From Bacteroidota bacterium (lineage in GTDB: Bacteria > Bacteroidota > Bacteroidia > Bacteroidales > VadinHA17), in assembly GCA_034659275.1 (NCBI GenBank), contig JAYEGY010000029.1, forward strand, positions 1,018 to 65,017: a stretch of DNA of 64,000 bases, given 5' to 3'. The notes below the pieces were generated by a model, which saw only the letters and a program-made list of their open reading frames with translations, did not search any database and had not been told where the DNA came from. A program made the position numbers and the translations under genes. Shown in pieces: positions 11,382 through 22,193 of this stretch; the stretch's first letter is position 1; every line of letters starts with the position of its first letter.

Positions 11382-11510
11382 CTTAACTAACCCTAAAACC
11401 TAAGTTATGAAAAGTGTACCTCTGGTTTTTAGAAAGGAGGTGATAGCTCACCTCCCTGTTCTTGTTAAACCAAAAACTAACTAATCTAACCTATGAAAAA
11501 AACCTCATAA
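11347..11510 (-). ncRNA. Candidate sigma54-dependent two-module small RNA
   Basis: Bounded by TGGCACGGTGTTTGA and a terminator; two UUUUCAUA...GUUAGUU modules, each followed by a hairpin; no long ORF. Confidence 0.6.
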
Positions 11511-11518
11511 TAATAACC

Positions 11519-11533
11519 TCAAACACCGTGCCA
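11519..11533 (-). promoter_or_regulatory. sigma54 (-24/-12)-type promoter
   Basis: Minus strand TGGCAC-GGTGT-TTGA versus consensus TGGCAC-N5-TTGC. Confidence 0.6.
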
Positions 11534-11665
11534 GTATTTAATTATCAAAGAGCATTTCTAATGGTATGGAACAAAAGTTGTACCACTATCAGATATAATA
11601 TCAATCTATAATCTTAAAATGACGTTAAATTACGTTAAAAAGCTCTTAATGTTAATTTTAAGAAA

Positions 11666-11673
11666 TACTTTTG
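11666..11673 (+). promoter_or_regulatory. Bacteroidota primary-sigma -7 box for the histidine kinase
   Basis: TACTTTTG matches TAnnTTTG, about 55 bp upstream of the ATG. Confidence 0.5.
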
Positions 11674-11727
11674 TAAAATAGAAGAAGGATATTTACACTG
11701 GGAAACCAGAGGGTAGCAGGTTAATAG

Positions 11728-13272
11728 ATGAAGAAAAAAATAATAATAATACTTGCTGTAGTAATCTCAATTGCATTATCAGGGCTGATGATGATCCAGA
11801 TATATTGGATTAACAATGCAATTGAGGCTAAAAACCAGCAGTTCAGGGTATATGTCAATAATGCTCTCACTGCTGTTGTTCTTGATATGGAACAACAAGA
11901 AATAATAGAAAGGATAGTTGAAGAGATTGATATGCCCATGACTGATTCTGTTGTTGCTATCGTTCCTTCCCAATCGGCTCTTGCCCGGCAGCTACGCGGT
12001 TACCGGTCTGAATCAAACATTCCCCTGCTTGAAGGGCAGGATGATATTATTGCTTCCCTCACAATAAGCAGGGAGGGGCAGAAAATACTCTTTTATTCTG
12101 ATGACGAGTTCTTCTATCCTGAAGAAGAACTACCCGAGTTATCATCACAGAGCCTCAGAGCGGGCATTAATGACAGGATAACAAATAAAACAGTTATGCT
12201 AGAAAGTATTATGGGTAAGATTATGGCCGAAACACCGGGTTTGTCAGAAAGAGTAGACCCGGAAAGGATAAACGATCAAATATATCAAACCCTTGAAAGG
12301 CTGGGAATATCCCTTGATTATGAATTTGCCATTACAGAATCAGGAAATCAGGTTTACAGCAGTGATGGTTTTGATATGGGATCCGATGCCAATAAATATA
12401 TAAGGCAATTATTCCCAAATGACCCTGTTCCCGGGCAGAATATGATCTATCTTTATTTCCCCAGGGAGAAGAACTATTTATTCAGGCAGGTCGGATTCAT
12501 GGGCGTTTCTTCCATTATCGTAACACTTTTCCTGATTGTCTTTTCCGTTAGTAATATTCTGATAATACTCAGGCAGAAAAGAGTATCGGAAATACGGAAC
12601 GATTTCATAAACAATATGACCCATGAGTTAAAAACCCCTATTTCTACAATCTCCCTTGCATCACAGATGATTGGTGACAGCAGTATTTCACGAAACAAAA
12701 AAAATCTTAATAAAATATCCAAAATATTAAGCGATGAATCTATAAGGCTGAAATACCAGGTCGAAAAAGTACTCCAGGCTTCTGCCTTTGATAGAGGCAA
12801 AATGAAATTGAACAAAGTTAACACTGACATTCACGGAATTATAAATAGCGCTATTGACAACTTCAGGCTGCAGATATCCGACACCGATGGCAAACTGGAA
12901 AAAGAACTCAACGCCAAAGATCCCGTCCTCAAAATTGATGAAGCACATATTTTTAACATGATATCCAACCTCCTGGATAACGCAATTAAATATTCAAATG
13001 GTAATCCTGAAATAAAAATTAAAACAAGCGATGACGACAGGCAGCTCAGGGTTTTAATATCAGATAATGGCATTGGCATACGAAAAGATGACATAAGGAA
13101 AATTTTCGAGAAGTTTTACAGGGTGCCAACAGGGAATATCCACAATGTTAAGGGCTTTGGACTGGGTCTGAGTTACGTGAAAAAAATAGTAGACGAACAT
13201 AATGGCAGTATCACTGTCCACAGTCAAATAAATAAAGGTGCTTGCTTTGACATTAGTCTTCCAAAAAATTAA
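11728..13272 (+). CDS. Sensor histidine kinase (RprX-like)
   Basis: Two TMs; H-box NNMTHELKTP; N-box NLLDNAIKY; G boxes DNGIG and GFGLGL. Confidence 0.92.
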   Translation: MKKKIIIILAVVISIALSGLMMIQIYWINNAIEAKNQQFRVYVNNALTAVVLDMEQQEIIERIVEEIDMPMTDSVVAIVPSQSALARQLRGYRSESNIPLLEGQDDIIASLTISREGQKILFYSDDEFFYPEEELPELSSQSLRAGINDRITNKTVMLESIMGKIMAETPGLSERVDPERINDQIYQTLERLGISLDYEFAITESGNQVYSSDGFDMGSDANKYIRQLFPNDPVPGQNMIYLYFPREKNYLFRQVGFMGVSSIIVTLFLIVFSVSNILIILRQKRVSEIRNDFINNMTHELKTPISTISLASQMIGDSSISRNKKNLNKISKILSDESIRLKYQVEKVLQASAFDRGKMKLNKVNTDIHGIINSAIDNFRLQISDTDGKLEKELNAKDPVLKIDEAHIFNMISNLLDNAIKYSNGNPEIKIKTSDDDRQLRVLISDNGIGIRKDDIRKIFEKFYRVPTGNIHNVKGFGLGLSYVKKIVDEHNGSITVHSQINKGACFDISLPKN

Positions 13273-13278
13273 TTGAAT

Positions 13279-13959
13279 ATGCCAAAAATATTATTAGCCG
13301 AAGATGACAGTAACCTTGGAACACTGCTAACTGATTATCTTGAAGCAAAAAAATACAAGGTTATACATATTACGGATGGACGGAAAGCACTGGAGACCTT
13401 CAGGTCAGAAACTTTTGACCTTTGTTTGCTAGATATTATGCTCCCTGCAATTGACGGTATAAGCCTGGCAAAAAAGATCAGGAAGATTGAAAGAGATATA
13501 CCTGTTATTTTTCTTACGGCCAAATCACTTGAGAAAGACAAGATCGAAGGATTTTCTGCAGGCGCTGATGACTATATAACCAAGCCCTTCTCAATGGAAG
13601 AGTTATTATACAGGATCGAAGCCATACTAAGGAGAACAAAATCATATAAAGAGGATGAGGCTGACGAATATAAGTTCGGGAAATTCACTTTTCACCTCCT
13701 GACACAGGTACTTGAATCTGACAAAGATGCACATAAACTTACAACCAAGGAATCAGAATTACTTAAGCTCCTGTGCAAAAATAAAAACGAGGTACTGGAA
13801 AGAAATTATGCCTTACGCACTATATGGGTCGATGACAATTATTTCAATGCACGCAGCATGGATGTCTATATTACCAAACTGAGGAAATACCTGAAAGCTG
13901 ATCCTTCAGTCACCATACTTAATGTACACGGTAAAGGGTACAAACTTCTATGTAAATAA
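13279..13959 (+). CDS. OmpR-family response regulator (RprY-like)
   Basis: REC (LLAEDD, LLDIMLP, KPF) plus winged helix with WVDDNYFNARSMDVYITKLRK. Confidence 0.92.
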   Translation: MPKILLAEDDSNLGTLLTDYLEAKKYKVIHITDGRKALETFRSETFDLCLLDIMLPAIDGISLAKKIRKIERDIPVIFLTAKSLEKDKIEGFSAGADDYITKPFSMEELLYRIEAILRRTKSYKEDEADEYKFGKFTFHLLTQVLESDKDAHKLTTKESELLKLLCKNKNEVLERNYALRTIWVDDNYFNARSMDVYITKLRKYLKADPSVTILNVHGKGYKLLCK

Positions 13960-13988
13960 AAACCCCTTTTGAACGGAGCAAAAGGGGT
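13957..13988. terminator. Terminator between the convergent response regulator and lepA
   Basis: ACCCCTTTTG-loop-CAAAAGGGGT hairpin; the T tail is on the minus strand. Confidence 0.75.
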
Positions 13989-14091
13989 AACTATAGGTTA
14001 GATTTGAGGGTTAAGGTATATCTCTGGTTATCTTAACACATTTTTAACATTTCGAAAATAGTACTTTTTTAAACAAAACAAAAATTATCTT

Positions 14092-15879
14092 TTAATCCAT
14101 TTTTAAAACAGCCAGGAAGGCCTGTTGAGGCACTTCAACGTTACCTACCTGCCTCATTCGTTTCTTGCCCTTTTTCTGTTTTTCAAGCAGCTTTCTTTTT
14201 CTTGTTATATCGCCCCCGTAACATTTTGCAGTAACATCTTTTCTGACTGCCTTAACAGTTTCACGGGCAATAATTTTTGCGCCGATGGCTGCCTGTATTG
14301 CAATGTCATATTGTTGTCTGGGTATCAGTTCCTTTAGTTTGACACACATTCTGCGTCCAAAATCATATGCATGCCCCCTGAAAATCAAGGTTGACAGGGC
14401 ATCTACCATCTCTCCGTTAAGAAGGATATCAAGCCTTACCAGATCAGCTTTTTTATAGGATGAATAATGGTAATCAAATGAAGCATAACCTCTTGACAGG
14501 CTTTTCAGTTTATCATAAAAATCAAATACTATTTCAGCAAGGGGCAGTTCAAAAGTGATCTCTACCCTGTCGCTTGTAAGATATACCTGGTTTTTAAAGG
14601 TGCCCCTTTTATCTATACACAATGTCATGATATTCCCAAGGTACTCTGACTTTGTGATAATTTGGGCAATGATATATGGTTCTTCTATTCCATCAATAAT
14701 TGTTACTGCAGGCAATCCTGACGGATTATGCACTTCTATCATTTCCCCGGTGGTGGTATACACCCTATAAGATACATTTGGGACTGTGGTTATCACATCC
14801 ATATCAAATTCCCTGTCGAGTCTCTCCTGGATTATTTCCATGTGCAGGAGGCCCAGGAAGCCACACCTGAAACCAAAACCCAGGGCTGCAGATGACTCAG
14901 GGATGAAAGAAAGGGAAGCATCGTTCAACTGGAGTTTCTCTATTGATGTACGCAGATCTTCGTAATCATCGGGATCAACCGGGTATATTCCTGCAAATAC
15001 CATAGGCTTTACATTCTCGAAGCCTGCTATACCCTTCTCACATGGTCTGTCAAGATGGGTGATGGTATCACCCACCTTTACTTCCCTGGATTCCTTGATC
15101 CCGGAAATAATATATCCTACATTACCTGCAGTCAAGTACTCACGCGGTTCCTGCCTGATTTTAAGCACGCCTATTTCTTCAGCATTATATTTTTTCCCTG
15201 TATTATAAAATTTCACTGTGTCACCCTTTTTCAGGGTACCATTTGCAATTTTGAAGTAAGCTATTATTCCCCGGTAGGAATTAAATATAGAATCAAAGAT
15301 AAGTGCCTGCAATGGTGCCTCCGGCTCACCTTCAGGCGGAGGGATCATATCCACTATCTTTTCAAGTATCAAATCCACGCCCATTCCCGTTTTTCCGCTT
15401 GCTTCAATAATATCATTTCTTTCACAACCTATGAGATCCACTATCTGGTCTTTCACTTCCTCCGGCATTGCACTTGCCATATCCATCTTATTCAGAACAG
15501 GTATAACCTCCAGGTTATGGTCAATAGCCATATACAGATTTGATATAGTCTGTGCCTGTATGCCCTGTGTAGCATCAACCACAAGGAGGGCTCCTTCGCA
15601 TGCCGCTATCGATCTCGATACCTCATACGAAAAATCAACATGACCGGGTGTATCTATCAGGTTAAGTATATATTCTGAATCCCTGTACAGGTACCTCATT
15701 TGTATGGCATGACTTTTAATTGTTATGCCTCTTTCCCTTTCCAAGTCCATACTATCCAAGACCTGGTCTTTCCTCTCCCTCTCACTAAGCGTATCAGTCA
15801 TTTCAAGCATCCTGTCGGCCAGGGTACTTTTACCATGATCAATATGAGCTATAATGCAAAAATTCCGTATGTAGTTCAT
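14092..15879 (-). CDS. lepA: Translation elongation factor 4
   Basis: [19 protein letters not shown]; C-terminal [18 protein letters not shown]; TATATTTG -7 box at 15907-15914. Confidence 0.97.
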   Translation of the reverse strand: MNYIRNFCIIAHIDHGKSTLADRMLEMTDTLSERERKDQVLDSMDLERERGITIKSHAIQMRYLYRDSEYILNLIDTPGHVDFSYEVSRSIAACEGALLVVDATQGIQAQTISNLYMAIDHNLEVIPVLNKMDMASAMPEEVKDQIVDLIGCERNDIIEASGKTGMGVDLILEKIVDMIPPPEGEPEAPLQALIFDSIFNSYRGIIAYFKIANGTLKKGDTVKFYNTGKKYNAEEIGVLKIRQEPREYLTAGNVGYIISGIKESREVKVGDTITHLDRPCEKGIAGFENVKPMVFAGIYPVDPDDYEDLRTSIEKLQLNDASLSFIPESSAALGFGFRCGFLGLLHMEIIQERLDREFDMDVITTVPNVSYRVYTTTGEMIEVHNPSGLPAVTIIDGIEEPYIIAQIITKSEYLGNIMTLCIDKRGTFKNQVYLTSDRVEITFELPLAEIVFDFYDKLKSLSRGYASFDYHYSSYKKADLVRLDILLNGEMVDALSTLIFRGHAYDFGRRMCVKLKELIPRQQYDIAIQAAIGAKIIARETVKAVRKDVTAKCYGGDITRKRKLLEKQKKGKKRMRQVGNVEVPQQAFLAVLKMD

Positions 15880-15964
15880 TGCTGTTCCCATATCTCAGAT
15901 CAAGCGCAAATATATAATTATAAGTTGAATAAGTTGAATAAGTTTAGAGTGAGCTGAAATAAAA

Positions 15965-15990
15965 TAGGGACGTTGCATGCAACGTCCCTA
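15965..15990. repeat. Perfect 26-bp REP-like palindrome
   Basis: TAGGGACGTTGCATGCAACGTCCCTA. Confidence 0.75.
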
Positions 15991-16020
15991 CAGAATATCA
16001 GATTCGCGTTAATTGACTCA

Positions 16021-16057
16021 CCCCGCTGGCGCGGTTCTCCAGAACCGTGCCGCGGGG
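16021..16057. repeat. GC-rich REP-like hairpin
   Basis: CCCCGC-T-GGCGCGGTTCT-CC-AGAACCGTGCC-GCGGGG. Confidence 0.6.
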
Positions 16058-16139
16058 ATTCGTCGAGCTCGCAGCCCTCATATACCTCTGGCATATTCGG
16101 ACTGCTCGGTTCGTCAAAATTCGTGTTAATCCGTGATTA

Positions 16140-17795
<1,656 letters not shown>

Positions 17796-17803
17796 TTATT
17801 AGG

Positions 17804-18082
17804 TTATGCTATGTATAATATATCACTTTGTGACATTAAAAGGTAATCTTCGCCGTCAATGTTGAGTTCCTGACCGGCGTATTTACCATAGAGTACGACA
17901 TCCCCGATTTTTACTTCCATTTCTTCGTCTTTTTTTGCCGCACCAACCAGTACTATTGTACCCTGTTGTGGTTTTTCCTTTGCACTGTCAGGGATGATGA
18001 TGCCGCTTGCGGTTTTTTCCTCTGCTTCATGAGGCTTAACAAGTACTTTACCTGCTAGTATTTTACCTTTTAATTTTGCCAT
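17804..18082 (-). CDS. groES: Co-chaperonin GroES
   Basis: [17 protein letters not shown] motif; directly upstream of groL. Confidence 0.97.
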   Translation of the reverse strand: MAKLKGKILAGKVLVKPHEAEEKTASGIIIPDSAKEKPQQGTIVLVGAAKKDEEMEVKIGDVVLYGKYAGQELNIDGEDYLLMSQSDILYIA

Positions 18083-18131
18083 TTTATTTATTTGATTTGT
18101 TAAACATTAAATTTACTGACAATCTCATTTA

Positions 18132-18146
18132 ACAGAATTTGTGCCA
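18132..18146 (-). promoter_or_regulatory. Possible sigma54 promoter of groESL
   Basis: Minus strand TGGCAC-AAATT-CTGT, about 50 bp upstream of groES; the -12 box is imperfect. Confidence 0.45.
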
Positions 18147-18191
18147 AATGATTATTCTGTCAGTTTATAGTATTATGCCCGTCATAATTGC

Positions 18192-18227
18192 AAAAAAAAT
18201 GTCAGTCTGATGACAAACTGACATTTT
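18192..18227 (-). terminator. Terminator after secG
   Basis: AAAATGTCAGT/ACTGACATTTT stem followed by a T run on the minus strand. Confidence 0.7.
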
Positions 18228-18249
18228 ATTATATCAGGTTATTATTTCC

Positions 18250-18591
18250 TCACTGGTTATCACTTTCCCCTTCAGGTACAGCTGTTGGAAGATTTGGTAT
18301 CGACGTAGGATCAACTGCATTATCTATCTGGTCCTGTATCCTCGATGATTCTTCCTCTACACCATGAGGTATTGCTGCAGTAGCCGCTATACTGAGTACC
18401 AGTATTACCACTGCCAGGGTCCATGTCGCCTTTTCAAGAAAATCTGCTGTTTTTCTAACACCCATAGACTGGCCTGTAGAAGTGAAATTAGCGGCCAGGC
18501 CACCTCCCTTTGAATTCTGCACAAGCACTACCAAAACCTGTAAAATACAAGCTATGATAACTATTATCCCTATAAAAACATATATTCCCAT
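18250..18591 (-). CDS. secG: Preprotein translocase subunit SecG
   Basis: VLVQNSKGGGL...LEKATW pattern; two TMs. Confidence 0.92.
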   Translation of the reverse strand: MGIYVFIGIIVIIACILQVLVVLVQNSKGGGLAANFTSTGQSMGVRKTADFLEKATWTLAVVILVLSIAATAAIPHGVEEESSRIQDQIDNAVDPTSIPNLPTAVPEGESDNQ

Positions 18592-18596
18592 CAGAT

Positions 18597-19505
18597 TCAG
18601 TTTTTAAGAAGTATCTCTTTTATTTTCTCAATTTGCGACGCAAAGTAACTACTTTTTTCCGGATATTTCAAACTTAATCTTTCGTAAATACTGATTGCTT
18701 TTGAATAATATCCCTGTGAAAGGTAGATATTTGCGAGGGTCTCCGATACAAGATGAGGTGATTCCCTGGTGCTGCCAGCAGAGATATCTTCCTGCTCCGA
18801 GTCATCCTCTTTGTTCCCGGGTTCAATTTTTGGATTTGCCTCGATGAACCTGTCAACTAATTCATTATCATCAATAGAACCGGATTTTTTTTCATCCTTT
18901 ATATTTTCTTTCCCCGGGGAATCATTGTCTTCCAGGTCGAGGTCGAGCAAATCATTATCCCCGGACAGCTTATAATCAGTTCCCTCAAGCTGCTCATCTT
19001 CCGGTACCTTCTTGTATTGCTCATCGGCCGATTCGTCAAGCTGCAGTATCCCTTCGCCGCTTATTTCATTCAACCGGGCATGTATTTCTCTTATCAATTC
19101 TTCGCGTGAGCGTCCTGATACCGATTCATACTTGCCAGCCGGTTTATCTGCCTTTATCTTCTCACCCTTGCTTGTTTCTGCCTCCTGTTTTTCTTGCTCC
19201 TTAAGCTCTTTTTCCTCAGTTGATTCATATTTTATAACAGTCTCTTTTCCCTTTTCGGTGTCTGAGGTCCACTCCCCGGAATTCAATAAGTTAAACAGTG
19301 CTTCCCGGTCGGCAATATAAATGGCCGTTTCCTTTAGCTTATCCGTAAATTCAATATCATCCTGCCGGTATAATGAATTCAACATTAATACATAGGCAGA
19401 CTGAAAATAAGGATAATTCATACTGATCCTGGAAATGTCATTAAACTCAGTATCAGATAAAATTTTATGTTCTTTGATAATATCTATAAATTCAGCCTTA
19501 TTCAT
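18597..19505 (-). CDS. Conserved hypothetical protein with C-terminal TPR-like helix
   Basis: YPYFQ N-terminus; SETLANIYLSQG...KYPEKSSYFA C-terminus; acidic linker. Confidence 0.8.
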   Translation of the reverse strand: MNKAEFIDIIKEHKILSDTEFNDISRISMNYPYFQSAYVLMLNSLYRQDDIEFTDKLKETAIYIADREALFNLLNSGEWTSDTEKGKETVIKYESTEEKELKEQEKQEAETSKGEKIKADKPAGKYESVSGRSREELIREIHARLNEISGEGILQLDESADEQYKKVPEDEQLEGTDYKLSGDNDLLDLDLEDNDSPGKENIKDEKKSGSIDDNELVDRFIEANPKIEPGNKEDDSEQEDISAGSTRESPHLVSETLANIYLSQGYYSKAISIYERLSLKYPEKSSYFASQIEKIKEILLKN

Positions 19506-19506
19506 A

Positions 19507-20052
19507 CTACCAGTTTACAAATGCCCTGTTAAAGACATCTTCAATTATTTGCTCGACTATTTTCTCCGTTAATTCCTGTTCCACCTGGCTCAGCTCCTTT
19601 GAACTGTCATAATTTTCGTACCTGGTAAATGTTTGTTCAAAACTGTATTCCGGTTCAACCACATTGGTGAACTTAACGTTAACTGCAATAGTAAACCTGT
19701 TCATAGCAGCTCTTGCATCACCTGATACGGTAAGTGGCTCAGTCCGGTAATTCCTTATCTCTCCTTCAAAACTTACATCCCCGGCTTCATTGACAAAATT
19801 CAGGTTCGTCTGGGCCCTGCATTTGTCCATCAGTTCATCAGTAATATACTGGCTCAGTCCTGGTTGAACCAGGTTAGCCCTGTTTTCAAAATATTCCACG
19901 CTAATGGTCTTGACATCTGGTGAAATACTTGCTCCACTCATTGAATAACTAATGGTGCATCCCGAATCGGTGAGTGACAGGAAAACAAAGACCGGGATAA
20001 TCACCGGTCCTAATATAAATTTTGAATATATATATTTAAAGATCGATGCCAT
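19507..20052 (-). CDS. lptE: LptE-family lipoprotein
   Basis: SGC lipobox, YSMSGASI, C-terminal FNRAFVNW typical of Bacteroidota LptE; start uncertain. Confidence 0.75.
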   Translation of the reverse strand: MASIFKYIYSKFILGPVIIPVFVFLSLTDSGCTISYSMSGASISPDVKTISVEYFENRANLVQPGLSQYITDELMDKCRAQTNLNFVNEAGDVSFEGEIRNYRTEPLTVSGDARAAMNRFTIAVNVKFTNVVEPEYSFEQTFTRYENYDSSKELSQVEQELTEKIVEQIIEDVFNRAFVNW

Positions 20053-21289
20053 ACTCCTTAATTTTTCTGTACAGTGTCCTTTCTGATATACCCAATTCTT
20101 CGGCCGCGAGCTTTCTTTTTCCGTTATGTTTCTCAAGTGCCTTGGTAATCAACTCAATCTCTTTATCCACCAGTGAAAGTGACTCTTCCACTATTTCTTC
20201 GGTATCCTGTATATTATCAGGCTGCTTGCCGGGTGAAAAATTATGACTGGCTTCATCCCGTGGCATATCATTTTTTTCGGAAATATTTCTCAATTCTTTT
20301 TCGTCATACAATCGTTGAATTACGCCTGAACTATGATCATCGAGCTGCACTGAAGAACTGCCTTCCTGGATCATATTGAGCACAAGTCTTTTCAGGTCAT
20401 TCACGTCATTCTTCATATCGAAGAGTATTTTATACAATATCTCTCTTTCAGATGAGAATGAGCCTTCCCCTTCCCTGCTTATTATTGCGGGCAGTTTAAT
20501 ACTGCTGTAATCGGGCAGGTAAGCTTTTAACATCTCAGCGTCAATCTCCCTTGCGCCCTCAATAATTGATATTTGTTCGGTAATATTTTTTAATTGTCTC
20601 ACATTACCGGGCCATGAATAAGATGTCAGCATTTGACGTGCATCTTCCGTGAGCTTCACAGCAGGCATGCGGTATTTTTCCGCAAAATCAAGCGCGAATT
20701 TCCTGAATAATAATAATATATCATCTCCCCTGTCTTTAAGGGGAGGTATTTTTATAGGTACAGTATTAAGCCGGTAAAACAGATCTTCCCTGAATTTACC
20801 AGCCCTGATGGCCTGCAATATATCAATGTTTGTTGCAGCTATAACCCTAACATTTGTCTTCTGCACTTTTGATGAACCTACCCTGATGAACTCACCCGAT
20901 TCAAGCACCCGAAGCAGCCTTACCTGTGTTGCTGAGGGTAACTCGGAAACTTCATCAAGAAAAATTGTTCCTCCGTCGGCCACTTCAAAATAACCCTTAC
21001 GGCTATCCGTTGCTCCCGTAAATGAACCTTTTTCATGGCCAAATAATTCCGAATCTATGGTACCTTCAGGTATGGCCCCACAATTCACTGCTATATATTG
21101 CCCGTGTTTCCGCTTGCTATGGTGATGGATTATCTGGGGAAATATCTCCTTCCCTGTTCCGCTTTCCCCTGAAATAAGTACAGAGAGATCTGTAGGTGCA
21201 ACCTGTACAGCAATATCGATTGCCCTGTTAAGCCCCACGTAATTGCCTATAATACCGAATCTCTGCTTTATGCTTTGTAAATCTTTCAT
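20036..21289 (-). CDS. sigma54-dependent Fis-family transcriptional activator (no receiver domain)
   Basis: GESGTGKE Walker A, GSFTGA loop, FLDEV, WPGNVRQL, C-terminal HTH. Confidence 0.93.
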   Translation of the reverse strand: MKDLQSIKQRFGIIGNYVGLNRAIDIAVQVAPTDLSVLISGESGTGKEIFPQIIHHHSKRKHGQYIAVNCGAIPEGTIDSELFGHEKGSFTGATDSRKGYFEVADGGTIFLDEVSELPSATQVRLLRVLESGEFIRVGSSKVQKTNVRVIAATNIDILQAIRAGKFREDLFYRLNTVPIKIPPLKDRGDDILLLFRKFALDFAEKYRMPAVKLTEDARQMLTSYSWPGNVRQLKNITEQISIIEGAREIDAEMLKAYLPDYSSIKLPAIISREGEGSFSSEREILYKILFDMKNDVNDLKRLVLNMIQEGSSSVQLDDHSSGVIQRLYDEKELRNISEKNDMPRDEASHNFSPGKQPDNIQDTEEIVEESLSLVDKEIELITKALEKHNGKRKLAAEELGISERTLYRKIKEYGIDL

Positions 21290-21380
21290 AAATTAATCCT
21301 CATACATGCGAAATTAATCTTTTTTTAAAACTTTGAAAAATCCATTTTTTGTAAATTAGCTGGAAATTAAATTGTTTGGC

Positions 21381-22139
21381 ATGATTCAAATTGGAATAAT
21401 ACCGGCCCGGTATGCATCAACCAGGTTCCCTGGTAAACCACTGGCAAAAATAGAACAAGCAACCATGATAGAGCATGTATACAGACGTGCTTCCACGGCG
21501 CTTGAAAAAGTATTTGTTGCAACCGATGACAAAAGAATATATAATACTGTCATGGAATTTAAAGGCGAAGCCATCATGACTTCGCCCCTTCACAGGAGTG
21601 GAACTGACAGATGCGCAGAGGCACTTAAAATAATAAAGGAAAAGTATAATATAAACCCCGATATTATAATAAATATCCAGGGGGATGAACCGTTTATAAA
21701 ACCCGAGCAGATAAAACAGGTAGGGGGATGTTTTGAAGATCATTCCGTTGAAATATCAAGCCTGATAATGAAAATACAGGACTGGAAATCCCTGACTGAT
21801 CCCAACCATGTAAAAGTTATAGTAAACAAAAATATGTATGCCTTATATTTCAGCAGGGCAGCAATACCATATGTGCGCAGTGCAGAGAAAGAAAAATGGC
21901 TGAGCTATCACACATTTTACAAACACCTGGGAATTTATGGCTACAGGGCTGACATACTCGAAAGCATAAGCAGGCTTAATCTTTCGAGCCTGGAAAAAGC
22001 TGAAGCACTTGAACAAAACAGGTGGCTGGAAAATGGCTTTACCATTAAATGCTCGCTGACTGACTGGGAAAGCATTGGCGTGGATACACCTGAAGACCTG
22101 GAACGGGCAATTAAACTGATGCAGACTCAAAAACAATAA
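21381..22139 (+). CDS. kdsB: 3-deoxy-manno-octulosonate cytidylyltransferase
   Basis: IIPARYASTRFPGKPL, NIQGDEP, LEQNRWLENG. Confidence 0.95.
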   Translation: MIQIGIIPARYASTRFPGKPLAKIEQATMIEHVYRRASTALEKVFVATDDKRIYNTVMEFKGEAIMTSPLHRSGTDRCAEALKIIKEKYNINPDIIINIQGDEPFIKPEQIKQVGGCFEDHSVEISSLIMKIQDWKSLTDPNHVKVIVNKNMYALYFSRAAIPYVRSAEKEKWLSYHTFYKHLGIYGYRADILESISRLNLSSLEKAEALEQNRWLENGFTIKCSLTDWESIGVDTPEDLERAIKLMQTQKQ

Positions 22140-22193
22140 ATATTTGTATCTTTAGCACGTAATTTGCGTATAAATCTAAAAATCAGGACCGGA

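Noticed and set aside
11407-11510. Plus-strand mini-ORFs MKSVPLVFRKEVIAHLPVLVKPKTN and MKKTS
   Set aside because: The promoter and the terminator U-tail both point to the minus strand; the start-like look is explained by antisense seed sequences. Not fully excluded
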